Shown one piece after another: positions 1 through 8,936 of a stretch of 64,000 nt of DNA. The position numbers were made by a program, and so were the translations under genes. Position 1 is the first letter of the stretch, and every line of letters begins with the position of its first letter. Origin of the DNA: Trichloromonas sp. (GTDB taxonomy: Bacteria; Desulfobacterota; Desulfuromonadia; Desulfuromonadales; Trichloromonadaceae); assembly GCF_034006665.1 (NCBI RefSeq), contig NZ_JAVESI010000016.1:329-64328 (forward strand), given 5' to 3'. Below the pieces are notes generated by a model that made no database searches, had not been told where the DNA came from, and worked only from the letters and a program-made list of their open reading frames with translations.

Positions 1-404
1 ATCGCCCCCTGCCGGGGGAAACCTTGCGGGGGGCGCTGAAGAAGGGGGAAGGACAGGATGGTTTGCTCGCAGCTTTCGCGCGCTTTCTCGCCAAACTGCA
101 TCGGCGCGGGATCTATTTCCGTTCCATCCATTTCGGAAATGTCATCATCCAGCCCGATTCGGACGAACCGGGTTTGATCGACATCGCCGACATGCGTATC
201 CGGCGCCGCCCTTTGGGGGCCGGGGCGCGCGCCCGGAATCTTCGGCATTTTCTCCGCTATCGAGAAGATGTTTGTGCCCTGGAAGCTTTTGGCCTTGCAC
301 GTTTTCTGGAAATCTACCTGGAGGCCGCCGATCTTCGCGGCTGGCGGCAAACGCTTTTTCAGCGCCTTGCCGAAAGGATACTGCGGAAGGGTTTACAACG
401 CTGA
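1..404 (+). CDS. Lipopolysaccharide kinase (Kdo/WaaP/InaA) family protein, C-terminal part; 5' end outside window
   Basis: Frame open from base 3 to TGA 402-404. FLAKLHRRGIYFRSIHFGNVIIQP...LIDIADMRI resembles the catalytic-loop region of LPS core kinases. Adjacent to heptose genes. Confidence 0.45.
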   Translation, partial: RPLPGETLRGALKKGEGQDGLLAAFARFLAKLHRRGIYFRSIHFGNVIIQPDSDEPGLIDIADMRIRRRPLGAGARARNLRHFLRYREDVCALEAFGLARFLEIYLEAADLRGWRQTLFQRLAERILRKGLQR

Positions 405-424
405 GCTTTGACGAGGAGGCTGGT

Positions 425-1390
425 TTGGCTCAAAAAAAATATGAACGGATTGCCCTCGACGGCATCCACACCTATTCCATCGCCACCCGCGACAATAAGG
501 TCAACATCCGCGACCATTTTGCCCGCGCCCCCGTAGCAGGGATGAGTTTCGCCGATTTCTATGACAGTCTTCCCCGCCTGCTTGGCGCCGACAGCCTGCG
601 TGGGGTGGTTGATGCCGTGGTTGCGGCACGGGAAAAAGGTCGGCCGGTGGTGTTGGCCATGGGCGGGCATGTGATCAAGTGCGGTTTGCAACCGGTGCTC
701 AAGAAACTCATCGAGGTCGGGGCGATTACCGCTGTGGCCATGAACGGCTCGGTGACGATCCACGATTTCGAGGTGTCCCTGGTCGGCGCTACGTCCGAGG
801 ATGTCGGTGCGGTGCTGCATTCGGGGGATTTCGGCTTTTCCGAGGAGACCGGCGGCGGCATGAATCAGGCGCTGGCCGACGGTCTGCCAAAGGGGTACGG
901 TTTCGGCGAGGCGATCGGCCGGCGGATCATCGAAGCGAATCATCCCTTTAAGGACTATAGCCTGCTGGCGGCCTGCGTCGAAAAAGGTATCCCCGTCACC
1001 GTTCATGTCGCCATCGGCACCGATATCATCCACCAGCATCCGAAAATGGATGGTGCCGTGACCGGGGAGATGAGTTATCGGGATTTTCGCTTGCTGACTT
1101 CGGTGGTGGCTGATCTCGGAGACGGCGGGGTCTGGCTCAATGTCGGTTCGGCGGTTCTTTTGCCCGAAGTCTTCCTCAAGGCTCTCTCCATCGCTCAGAA
1201 TCTGGGGCATCACGTCGATAATTTCAGCACCGCCAACTTTGACATGACCCAGCATTATCGCCCCCTGCAGAACGTGGTCAAGCGTCCCACCTCCGGCGGA
1301 GGCAAGGGTTACACCCTGACCGGTCATCACGAAATCAACATTCCCCTCTTCGCCATGGCGGTGCTCGATCGGCTTGCCGGAAAAGGGTAG
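425..1390 (+). CDS. Deoxyhypusine-synthase-like fold protein of unknown function
   Basis: TTG 425 preceded by GAGGAGG (412-418). The long ORF 272-1390 overlaps the upstream gene, so a downstream start is preferred. GGHVIKCGLQPVLKKLIEVGAITAVAMNGSVTIHDFE resembles the DHS-family nucleotide-binding core. Confidence 0.4.
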   Translation: MAQKKYERIALDGIHTYSIATRDNKVNIRDHFARAPVAGMSFADFYDSLPRLLGADSLRGVVDAVVAAREKGRPVVLAMGGHVIKCGLQPVLKKLIEVGAITAVAMNGSVTIHDFEVSLVGATSEDVGAVLHSGDFGFSEETGGGMNQALADGLPKGYGFGEAIGRRIIEANHPFKDYSLLAACVEKGIPVTVHVAIGTDIIHQHPKMDGAVTGEMSYRDFRLLTSVVADLGDGGVWLNVGSAVLLPEVFLKALSIAQNLGHHVDNFSTANFDMTQHYRPLQNVVKRPTSGGGKGYTLTGHHEINIPLFAMAVLDRLAGKG

Positions 1391-1468
1391 ATTAGACCTT
1401 CCAACGGAGCCTCCGGATGTGGTATAAAACCTCTTTGTTTTGTGCTTTTCTCCGGGGGCTTTCCTTTC

Positions 1469-2941
1469 ATGATCCGCTCCGAAATCGAAAATTTCCTCTC
1501 CAGACTGAAGGATATCAACGCCCTGGTTATCGGCGACCTGATGCTCGATGAATACCTGTGGGGCAAGGCCGAGCGCATTTCTCCCGAGGCGCCGGTGCAG
1601 GTGGTGGATGTCACCCGCGCGGATCTGCGTCTTGGCGGCGCCGGCAATGTGGTCAACAATCTCGTGGCCTTGGGCTGCCGGGTCGAGGTTGTGAGTGTGT
1701 TAGGCGAGGACGACGACGGCCATCTGCTTCGTTCCCTCCTTGTCGATCAGGGGATCGCCGTCGACGGCATCTTCAGCGATCCCGGGCGGGTGACCAGCCG
1801 CAAGACCCGGGTGCTGGCCGGTAATCAGCAGATGCTGCGCATCGACCGGGAAAGCAAAGATCCCATTCTTGAGGATCTGGCCCGACGCCTGCTCGATCAC
1901 GTCCGCGCCGTCGCCGACGGTTTTCAGGTCATCCTTGTTTCCGACTATCTCAAGGGGGTCTTGACCGACTTTCTGCTCCGCGAGCTGATCGCCCTTGGGC
2001 GCGAGAAGGGGATTCCGGTGGTGATCGACCCCAAGGGGGACGATTACGGCAAATACCGGGGCGCGACCCTGCTCACCCCCAATCGCAAAGAAGCGCAGAC
2101 GGCCTCCGGCGTCGCCATCGTCGATGAGGCGTCGTTGCTTAAAGCGGGGCGGGCGCTACGCGAAAGGCTCGAACTCGACGCCTTGGTGCTGACCCGCAGC
2201 GAGGAGGGGATGAGCCTCTTCCTGCGCGACGGCCGCGAACTGCACATGCCGACCAAGGCCCGGGAGGTTTTCGACGTTTCCGGCGCTGGCGATACCGTGC
2301 TCTCGGTGATCGGTGTCGGGCTGGCGGCGGGGCTGAGCCTCGAACAGGCGGCGACGGTCTCCAATCTGGCGGCCGGAGTCGTCGTCGGCAAGGTTGGCAC
2401 CTCCACCGTTTCCCCCGAGGAGATCCTCCAAGCGTCCGGCGCCGCGCACGCCGACGGTGATCTCAAGATCAGGAACCGCGAGGCCCTAGCCACCGTGCTG
2501 GACCGTGAGCGTCGGCAAGGCAGGCGCATCGTCTTCACCAACGGCTGTTTCGACCTGCTTCACGTCGGCCATGTCAAATATCTGCAAGCGGCTCGCCGCC
2601 TTGGCGACCTGCTTGTCCTCGGTCTCAATTCCGATGATTCCATCCGTCGTCTCAAAGGGCCGAACCGTCCGCTCATCTCCCAGGACGAACGCGCCCATAT
2701 CCTCGCCGCCCTTGACTGCATCAATCATGTGGTCATCTTCGATGAAGATACCCCTCTCGAACTGATTCGCCTGCTGCGCCCGGATATCCTTGTCAAAGGC
2801 GGCGACTACACTCCGGAAGGGGTGGTGGGCAAGGATCTGGTCGAAAGCTGGGGCGGGCGGGTCGAGTTGATCCAGTTCGTTGATGGCAAGTCGACCACGG
2901 GGATTGTTGAAAAAATACTTCGGCAGTATCGAGAGGAGTGA
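1469..2941 (+). CDS. hldE: Bifunctional D-glycero-beta-D-manno-heptose-7-phosphate kinase / heptose-1-phosphate adenylyltransferase
   Basis: N-terminal ribokinase-like domain (VIGDLMLDEYLWG, DVSGAGDTV) plus C-terminal cytidylyltransferase domain (FTNGCFDLLHVGHVKYL). About 490 aa, as expected for HldE/RfaE. Confidence 0.9.
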   Translation: MIRSEIENFLSRLKDINALVIGDLMLDEYLWGKAERISPEAPVQVVDVTRADLRLGGAGNVVNNLVALGCRVEVVSVLGEDDDGHLLRSLLVDQGIAVDGIFSDPGRVTSRKTRVLAGNQQMLRIDRESKDPILEDLARRLLDHVRAVADGFQVILVSDYLKGVLTDFLLRELIALGREKGIPVVIDPKGDDYGKYRGATLLTPNRKEAQTASGVAIVDEASLLKAGRALRERLELDALVLTRSEEGMSLFLRDGRELHMPTKAREVFDVSGAGDTVLSVIGVGLAAGLSLEQAATVSNLAAGVVVGKVGTSTVSPEEILQASGAAHADGDLKIRNREALATVLDRERRQGRRIVFTNGCFDLLHVGHVKYLQAARRLGDLLVLGLNSDDSIRRLKGPNRPLISQDERAHILAALDCINHVVIFDEDTPLELIRLLRPDILVKGGDYTPEGVVGKDLVESWGGRVELIQFVDGKSTTGIVEKILRQYREE

Positions 2942-2946
2942 GTCGT

Positions 2947-3282
2947 ATGCTGTGCGTGGACGAAGAGTTGCTCAAGCGCATGACGGAAACGATCGTCCGG
3001 GAGCTTGCTCCGGAAAAGATCGTTTTGTTCGGTTCCCATGCACGAGGAACCGCCGGTCCTGACTCCGACCTCGATTTTCTCGTCGTTGCCGGCAAGCCCT
3101 TTTCCCGGCACCACAGCCGCAAGGAAGAAATGATGCGGCTCTATCGTCGTTTCTTCGATTACGATATACCGCTGGATTTTCTGTTGTTTGACCAAGAAGA
3201 AGTGAAGCGCTGGCAATCGGTCGAAAATCATGTCATCGCCCAGGCTCTTTCCGGGGGACGGACCTTGTATGAACGCCATTGA
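2947..3282 (+). CDS. MNT-type nucleotidyltransferase (antitoxin of a HEPN/MNT pair)
   Basis: LFGSHARGTAGPDSDLDFLVV (GSxxRG...DxD) motif. RBS GAGAGGAG sits 8 nt upstream of ATG 2947. Confidence 0.8.
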   Translation: MLCVDEELLKRMTETIVRELAPEKIVLFGSHARGTAGPDSDLDFLVVAGKPFSRHHSRKEEMMRLYRRFFDYDIPLDFLLFDQEEVKRWQSVENHVIAQALSGGRTLYERH

Positions 3283-3418
3283 GCATGCCGAGCGGCTATT
3301 GCTGATGGCGGAAAAAGATCTGCAGGCCTTGCGGTCGTTGGCTTCACCGGAGAGCGCCGCTGATGAAATCTTCGGATTTCATGCGCAGCAGGTCGACTCG
3401 GTGAGGAGTGGGGAGTGA
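3269..3418 (+). pseudogene. HEPN-domain toxin gene, 3'-truncated (49 codons, no Rx4-6H motif)
   Basis: ATG overlaps the end of the MNT gene by 14 nt, as in intact pairs. MNAIEHAERLLLMAEKDLQALRSL is a typical HEPN N-terminal helix. The ORF ends inside the repeat arm at 3401-3420. Confidence 0.6.
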
Positions 3419-3420
3419 GG
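3401..3420. repeat. Left arm of inverted repeat bracketing the four-helix-bundle gene
   Basis: GTGAGGAGTGGGGAGTGAGG. 17/20 identical to the reverse complement of 3781-3809; as RNA 19/20 positions pair, counting G-U. Confidence 0.8.
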
Positions 3421-3762
3421 CGAAAGCATCATGACCTGAGGTTGTGGCAAGAAGCGATGTCTTTGGTTAAGGATATCTACCGTGTCACTGGGGATTTTCC
3501 GCGAGAAGAAACCTATGCCTTGACCAGTCAAATGCAACGCGCCGCGATTTCCATACCCAGTAACATAGCCGAGGGAGCGGGTCGGACCGGGGGCAGGGAG
3601 TTTTTGCAGTTTTTGTCCATAACGCGCGGTTCCTTGAGCGAATTGGAAACGCAGGTCATCCTGGCTCAGGACCTTGGCTATCTGAAGGATAATCGCCCCC
3701 TTCTCGAAAAAATAGATGGAATTTTCGGCCTAATCGGCGGCCTGATGAATTCCCTGCAGTAA
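3415..3762 (+). CDS. Four-helix-bundle protein, 23S rRNA intervening-sequence protein (Avd-like) family
   Basis: LWQEAMSLVKDIYRVTGDFPREETYALTSQMQRAAISIPSNIAEGAGR...FLSITRGSLSELETQ is the family signature. GTG start. Confidence 0.85.
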   Translation: MRRKHHDLRLWQEAMSLVKDIYRVTGDFPREETYALTSQMQRAAISIPSNIAEGAGRTGGREFLQFLSITRGSLSELETQVILAQDLGYLKDNRPLLEKIDGIFGLIGGLMNSLQ

Positions 3763-3777
3763 AGGCTTGAAAAATAA

Positions 3778-4395
3778 ATGCCCCTCACCCTTCACTCCTC
3801 ACCCCTCACGGGGAAAAAGGCCGTTTTCCTCGACCGTGACGGGACGATCAACGAGGAGAAAGATTATCTCTATCGCATCGAGGATTTCGCCTTCATCCCC
3901 GGCGCGCCCGAGGCGATCCGGCGGCTCAAGGAGGCGGGTTACCGGGTGATCGTGGCGACCAACCAGTCCGGGGTGGCGCGAGGGTATTTTTCCCGTGAAG
4001 ACGTGGAGCGCCTGCATGCGCACATTCAGCGGGAACTGGCGAAAATCGGGACCACTATCGACGCTTTCTACCTCTGTCCCCACCATCCTGAAAAAGGGCA
4101 GGGGGAGTTCAAGGTCGACTGCGATTGCCGTAAAGGTAGGCCGGGGATGTTGTTGCAAGCGGCGGCTGTGCATGGCATCAATCTGGCGGCCTCATGGATG
4201 GTTGGCGACAAGCGTGCCGATCTCGAAGCGGGCAGGGCGGCCGGCTGTCGGTCGCTGCTGGTACGCACCGGTTATGGCGACAAGGAACTGGCCACGGGAG
4301 CGGGAACTTTGGCCGAGGCGGTGGTTGATGATCTGCCTGCGGCGGCGGATTATATCCTCGGCAACCGACTGCGGAAAGAAATAAAGAAGACATAA
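3778..4395 (+). CDS. gmhB: D-glycero-beta-D-manno-heptose 1,7-bisphosphate 7-phosphatase
   Basis: HAD motifs FLDRDGTIN, VATNQSG, MVGDKRADLEAG, plus the Zn-binding CPHHP...CDCRKGRPGM loop. Confidence 0.9.
   Translation: MPLTLHSSPLTGKKAVFLDRDGTINEEKDYLYRIEDFAFIPGAPEAIRRLKEAGYRVIVATNQSGVARGYFSREDVERLHAHIQRELAKIGTTIDAFYLCPHHPEKGQGEFKVDCDCRKGRPGMLLQAAAVHGINLAASWMVGDKRADLEAGRAAGCRSLLVRTGYGDKELATGAGTLAEAVVDDLPAAADYILGNRLRKEIKKT
3781..3809. repeat. Right arm of inverted repeat bracketing the four-helix-bundle gene
   Basis: CCCCTCACCCTTCACTCCTCACCCCTCAC, complementary to 3401-3420. Overlaps the first codons of gmhB. Confidence 0.8.
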
Positions 4396-4480
4396 AATTC
4401 CAGTCCACGGAAGACACGGAAAGCACGGAATTTCAGGATTATTTTCCGTGTCTTCCGTGGACAAAGAAGGTTTTGATTTT
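4394..4480. repeat. REP-like palindromic element, copy A
   Basis: Perfect 20-bp arms GTCCACGGAAGACACGGAAA (4403-4422) and TTTCCGTGTCTTCCGTGGAC (4443-4462). The flanks are shared with copy B. Confidence 0.9.
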
Positions 4481-4497
4481 TTATCTCGGAATTACTT

Positions 4498-4803
4498 GTG
4501 CGCCTGAATCCCCGGGAAATCGAAGTGCTTAAAGAGGTTGGATCCGAGGTCTTTGGGTCGCAGGCGCGGCTCTTTCTTTTCGGCTCTCGCCTTGACGATG
4601 CCCGGCGGGGAGGGGATATCGACCTCTATGTGACCGGATTCGCTCGCTCTGTTGCCGAACAGCTCGATGCCAAGCTGCATTTTCTGGTCAAGGCAAAAGA
4701 GCGCTTGGGCGAGCAGCGTATCGATGTCGTGTTCGCTGCCGTACCGGGGGAATCCTTGACGCCGATTCAGCAGATGGCTGAAAAGACAGGAATTCTGCTG
4801 TGA
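4498..4803 (+). CDS. MNT-type nucleotidyltransferase (antitoxin-like)
   Basis: LFLFGSRLDDARRGGDIDLYV motif. GTG start. GTGA overlap with the next gene. Confidence 0.7.
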   Translation: MRLNPREIEVLKEVGSEVFGSQARLFLFGSRLDDARRGGDIDLYVTGFARSVAEQLDAKLHFLVKAKERLGEQRIDVVFAAVPGESLTPIQQMAEKTGILL

Positions 4804-5282
4804 ACAAGCAGGAAGTGATCGTCTGCAAGTTACAGCCGGCGCTGGCGGAATGTGAACAGCACCAGCGACGTCTCTATTTGGCCTGGGGCGAGGCGAAAAC
4901 CTTCTCCTATTGGATGAGTGATGGGGAGGAATTGAGTGACGACCAGGTGCGCACCCTTGATCAGCTGCTTTTTCGCTTCGGCAAGCTGCAGGATGCCATC
5001 GGCACCCGGTTGCTGCCCGCGACCTTACAACTGGTGGAGGAATGGCAGGAGAACGAACCTTTTCTCGACAAGTTGAACCGGGCAGAAAAGTTGGGGATGC
5101 TGCCTTCGGCGCGGCAGTGGCAAATGCTGCGCGAATTACGCAACCAGACGGCCCATGAGTATCCGGATCAGCCCGAACGGGTCAAAGCGAACCTGCGGCG
5201 CTTGCTGGAGCAGGTGCCGATCCTTGAAGCCGTTTACCGGCAACTCGCGGACTGGGCACGGGAGCGAATTCAGGCAAAGTAA
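4800..5282 (+). CDS. HEPN-like partner protein (toxin-like)
   Basis: LRELRNQTAHEYP contains an Rx4H motif. 4-nt overlap with the preceding nucleotidyltransferase gene. Confidence 0.55.
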   Translation: MNKQEVIVCKLQPALAECEQHQRRLYLAWGEAKTFSYWMSDGEELSDDQVRTLDQLLFRFGKLQDAIGTRLLPATLQLVEEWQENEPFLDKLNRAEKLGMLPSARQWQMLRELRNQTAHEYPDQPERVKANLRRLLEQVPILEAVYRQLADWARERIQAK

Positions 5283-5335
5283 CGATGCGATTTCTTGCGT
5301 CATCGCATTCTATGGGCCATAGAAATAAAGGCGAG

Positions 5336-5430
5336 AAAATCTCAGTCCACGGAAAACACGGAAGACACGGAAAATGATCCTGAACTTCCGTGCTTTCCGT
5401 GTCTTCCGTGGACAAAAAGGTTTTGACTTT
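5336..5430. repeat. REP-like palindromic element, copy B
   Basis: GTCCACGGAAAACACGGAAGACACGGAA...TTCCGTGCTTTCCGTGTCTTCCGTGGAC (5345-5413). Same CACGGAA-unit arms and the same AAGGTTTTGA tail as copy A. Confidence 0.9.
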
Positions 5431-5477
5431 AACGGTTATAATGCGAACGTCTGGAAATATAACAGGAGGATTTTACG

Positions 5478-6794
5478 ATGGTTACGGCACAGGATATTCA
5501 ATCGGGTCAAGCGAAGATTGCCTTGGTCGGTCTCGGCTATGTCGGCTTGCCGCTGGCGGCGGCCTTCGGTCGTAAGGCACAGGTGATTGGTTTTGACATC
5601 AGCGCCAGAAAGATCGAACAACTGAAAAATGGAATAGACGAGACGGGCGAGCTTGCCGCCGCCGATCTTGCGTCCACCACCATCGACTACACCACCGATG
5701 CCGCCCGGCTTAAAGAGGCGGCCTTCATCATCGTCACCGTTCCCACCCCTATCGATGATCACAACAAGCCCGATCTGACCCCGGTCGTTTCCGCCTCCCG
5801 GACCATTGGCCGCCATCTGGCGAAGGGGGCGATCATCGTCTATGAATCGACGGTCTATCCGGGTGTGACCGAAGAGGTGTGTGTCCCCCTCCTCGAAGGG
5901 GAATCGGGTCTGAAATGCGGCGTCGATTTCAAGGTCGGCTATTCGCCGGAGCGGATCAATCCCGGCGACAAGGTGCACACGGTGGACAAGATCGTCAAGG
6001 TGGTTTCCGGCCAAGACGCCGAAACTCTGGAAACGGTCGCCCGCGTCTACGAAATGGTGGTGACCGCCGGGGTACACCGGGCCGCGTCGATCAAGGTCGC
6101 CGAGGCCGCTAAGGTCATTGAGAATACCCAGCGCGACCTCAATATCGCCCTGATGAACGAACTTGCCATCATTTTCAACAAAATGGGTATTCCGACCTTG
6201 GACGTACTGGCGGCAGCCGGTACCAAGTGGAATTTTCTCAAGTTCACGCCTGGTCTGGTCGGTGGCCACTGCATCGGCGTCGATCCCTACTACCTGACCT
6301 ACAAGGCCGAGGAGATCGGCTACAATCCCCAAGTCATTCTCGCCGGCCGGCGCATCAACGACGGCATGGGCAAGTACGTCGCCGAAACGACCGTTAAAAA
6401 GCTCATCCATGCCGACAAGGCGGTAAAGGGGAGCCGGGTGCTGGTGCTGGGCATGACCTTCAAGGAAAACGTTCCCGATATCCGCAACAGCAAGGTCATC
6501 GACATCGTGCAGGAATTGCGGGAATACGGCGTCGAGGTGCTGGTTCATGACCCCATTGCTTCCTTTGATGAAACCCGCCACGAATACGGCCTGGAGCTGG
6601 TCGCTCTGGAGCAGGTGGGCACTGTTGATGCCGTAGTCTGGGCAGTGGCGCATGAAGCATTTAAGACGATCAACCCCGCCGAACTGGCGCGGTTGACCGC
6701 CGGTGGCAACGGACCCGGAGTGGTGATCGATGTCAAGACCGTGTTGCATCGGAAAGAAGTGGAAACCCTCGGTCTGATTTACTGGAGCTTGTGA
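5478..6794 (+). CDS. Nucleotide-sugar dehydrogenase, TviB/WbpO/CapL clade (UDP-GlcNAc or UDP-GalNAc 6-dehydrogenase)
   Basis: KIALVGLGYVGLPLAAAFG Rossmann motif and catalytic GGHCIGVDPYY. About 438 aa. Confidence 0.85.
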   Translation: MVTAQDIQSGQAKIALVGLGYVGLPLAAAFGRKAQVIGFDISARKIEQLKNGIDETGELAAADLASTTIDYTTDAARLKEAAFIIVTVPTPIDDHNKPDLTPVVSASRTIGRHLAKGAIIVYESTVYPGVTEEVCVPLLEGESGLKCGVDFKVGYSPERINPGDKVHTVDKIVKVVSGQDAETLETVARVYEMVVTAGVHRAASIKVAEAAKVIENTQRDLNIALMNELAIIFNKMGIPTLDVLAAAGTKWNFLKFTPGLVGGHCIGVDPYYLTYKAEEIGYNPQVILAGRRINDGMGKYVAETTVKKLIHADKAVKGSRVLVLGMTFKENVPDIRNSKVIDIVQELREYGVEVLVHDPIASFDETRHEYGLELVALEQVGTVDAVVWAVAHEAFKTINPAELARLTAGGNGPGVVIDVKTVLHRKEVETLGLIYWSL

Positions 6795-6973
6795 TATCGG
6801 AATCCCTTTTTCGGAAGAAAGGAGGGAGGTGTTATGCAAAACGAGGCCTCTGGAAATTCTCTTGGGCGATATGCGCGGCAAGTGTGATCAATGACTGATC
6901 TTGTCTGTTGCCATGCACAGAAAAGCCGACCCCCGATGTCTTGGCTTGATGAGCTTGCGTTTTCGAGGTGAAC

Positions 6974-8029
6974 ATGAAGTTGCTTGTTACAGGAGGAGCC
7001 GGGTTTATCGGCTCGGCGGTTATAAGGTATATTATTCGAAATACCGCAGACTCCGTCGTCAATGTCGATAAGCTGACCTATGCGGGGAATCTGGAATCCT
7101 TGACCGCCGTCAGCGACAGCGCCCGCTATGCCTTTGAGCAGGTTGATATCTGCAATCGTGCCGGATTGGATCGGGTTTTTGCCCAACATCAGCCCGACGC
7201 CGTGATGCACCTGGCGGCGGAAAGCCATGTCGACCGTTCCATTGACGGTCCTGCCGCTTTCATCGAAACCAATATCGTCGGTACCTATACCCTGCTCGAA
7301 GCGGCGCGGTCCTATTGGCAGAGTCTGGATGACTCCCGCAAGTCCGTCTTCCGTTTTCATCATATTTCCACCGACGAGGTCTATGGCGACTTGGAAGGGC
7401 CGGAGGACCTGTTCACCGAACAGACCCCCTATGCGCCGAGTTCCCCTTATTCCGCCAGCAAAGCCAGTTCCGATCATCTGGTCCGCGCTTGGAGAAGAAC
7501 GTACGGGTTGCCCACTCTCGTCACCAACTGCTCCAACAACTACGGACCCTACCATTTTCCCGAAAAGCTCATCCCCCTGATGATCCTCAACGCCCTCGAA
7601 GGAAAGCCGCTTCCCGTTTACGGCAAAGGCAATCAGATACGTGACTGGCTCTATGTCGACGATCATGCCCGCGCCCTTTACAAGGTCGTGACTGAAGGCA
7701 AGGTCGGGGAGACCTACAACATCGGCGGTCACAACGAAAAGCAGAATATCGAGGTCGTTCGCACTATTTGTGCGTTGCTTGACGAACTTTCGCCGTCCTC
7801 CTTTTCCCCTTATGAATCGCTGATTACCTACGTCCAGGATCGCCCAGGGCATGACCTGCGCTACGCCATTGATGCGAGAAAAATTCAGCGTGAACTGGGC
7901 TGGAAGCCCGAAGAAACCTTCGAGTCGGGCATTCGCAAGACCATTCTCTGGTATCTGGAGAATCGCGAGTGGTGTCGCCGTGTGCAGGATGGTTCTTATC
8001 AGCGTCAGCGTCTGGGAGTTGCCGGATAG
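6974..8029 (+). CDS. rfbB: dTDP-glucose 4,6-dehydratase
   Basis: [29 protein letters not shown] (YxxxK), [10 protein letters not shown] tail. Confidence 0.95.
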   Translation: MKLLVTGGAGFIGSAVIRYIIRNTADSVVNVDKLTYAGNLESLTAVSDSARYAFEQVDICNRAGLDRVFAQHQPDAVMHLAAESHVDRSIDGPAAFIETNIVGTYTLLEAARSYWQSLDDSRKSVFRFHHISTDEVYGDLEGPEDLFTEQTPYAPSSPYSASKASSDHLVRAWRRTYGLPTLVTNCSNNYGPYHFPEKLIPLMILNALEGKPLPVYGKGNQIRDWLYVDDHARALYKVVTEGKVGETYNIGGHNEKQNIEVVRTICALLDELSPSSFSPYESLITYVQDRPGHDLRYAIDARKIQRELGWKPEETFESGIRKTILWYLENREWCRRVQDGSYQRQRLGVAG

Positions 8030-8935
8030 ATGAAAGATAAAAATATTGCTCTAATTGGTGCCAACGGCATGCTGGCTTCTGCGGTGAAGCGGTTGCTGCC
8101 CGTCGGCTATCAGGTTCATGCTTACGATCTGCCCATGTTTGATTTGACGGATCCTGAGCAGGTTTTTACTCTGAGGGAATTGAATCCCGCGATTATTCTC
8201 AACTGCGCCGCCTATACCCAAGTTGATGGTTGTGAGAGCCATCGCGAATTAGCTATGCGGGTCAATGGTGAAGGTCCGGGTTTTTTGGCGCAGTTGGCTT
8301 CAGAAATTGATGCCGTTCTGGTGCATATTTCGACGGATTTTGTCTTTGCCGGGGATAAAAAGACGCCCTATCGGGAGGACGACCCCACCGGTCCCCTGTC
8401 GGTCTATGGAAAAAGCAAACTTCTTGGTGAGCAGAGAATCATCGAGTCCGGGTTGGAGAAATATTTCATTGTCCGTACCAGCTGGTTATATGGCTTTGGC
8501 GGCAACAATTTTGTCGAGACGATGATTCGACTGGCCAAGGAACGCACCGAACTCAAGGTTGTCGATGACCAATGGGGAACGCCGACCTGGACCGATGATC
8601 TGGCCGAGGCGATTTTCAAACTTCTGGACTTGGTTGACGCACCTCAGGTCTCACCCCCCACGTCTCCCAGCCCCTACGGCATTTATCATTTCAGCGACGA
8701 GGGGGAATGCAACTGGTATCAGTTTGCCGTCGAGATTATCGATCAAGCACGTCATTCCGAAAGTTTGAAGATTGAAAATATTCTGCCGATTCCGACGGAA
8801 GGCTATCCATTGCCGGCCAAACGCCCAGCTTACTCGGTGCTGTCGAAAGAGAAGTACAAAGCGGTTACCGGTGCGCGGATCCCGGATTGGCGGGAGAGTT
8901 TGAAAAACTACTTTTCTGAGCGTGGGAGAATTTGA
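8030..8935 (+). CDS. rfbD: dTDP-4-dehydrorhamnose reductase
   Basis: Short-chain reductase with [26 protein letters not shown]. Position in the rfb operon. Confidence 0.9.
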   Translation: MKDKNIALIGANGMLASAVKRLLPVGYQVHAYDLPMFDLTDPEQVFTLRELNPAIILNCAAYTQVDGCESHRELAMRVNGEGPGFLAQLASEIDAVLVHISTDFVFAGDKKTPYREDDPTGPLSVYGKSKLLGEQRIIESGLEKYFIVRTSWLYGFGGNNFVETMIRLAKERTELKVVDDQWGTPTWTDDLAEAIFKLLDLVDAPQVSPPTSPSPYGIYHFSDEGECNWYQFAVEIIDQARHSESLKIENILPIPTEGYPLPAKRPAYSVLSKEKYKAVTGARIPDWRESLKNYFSERGRI

Positions 8936-8936
8936 G

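Noticed and set aside
272-424. Upstream extension of the DHS-like ORF (start at 272)
   Set aside because: It would overlap the LPS-kinase-family gene by 133 nt in another frame. A TTG at 425 with a GAGGAGG RBS just after the upstream stop is a better start.
3415-3762. Avd-like four-helix-bundle gene as a marker of a diversity-generating retroelement
   Set aside because: No reverse transcriptase gene, template/variable repeat pair or adenine-specific mismatch pattern is visible anywhere in the window.
4394-5430. CRISPR array formed by the palindromic repeats, and likewise by the 12-nt repeats at 45052 and 62027
   Set aside because: There are only two copies about 940 bp apart, with genes between them. 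The 12-nt repeats are contiguous, without spacers, and lie in frame inside CDSs. No cas genes are present apart from a stand-alone Cas4-like nuclease in a recombination context.
5423-5442. TTGACT and TATAAT hexamers upstream of the sugar dehydrogenase gene as a sigma-70 promoter
   Set aside because: The spacer between the hexamers is only 8 nt, while 16-18 nt is required. The alternative -35 TGGACA would give 23 nt.
5436-6881. 481-aa minus-strand ORF
   Set aside because: It is antisense to the nucleotide-sugar dehydrogenase, which has Rossmann and catalytic Cys motifs in the plus frame.
6834-6887. 17-codon ORF (MQNEASGNSLGRYARQV) with a strong GGAGGGAGG RBS between the dehydrogenase and rfbB
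   Set aside because: It is too short and featureless to support as a gene or leader peptide without conservation or ribosome-profiling data.
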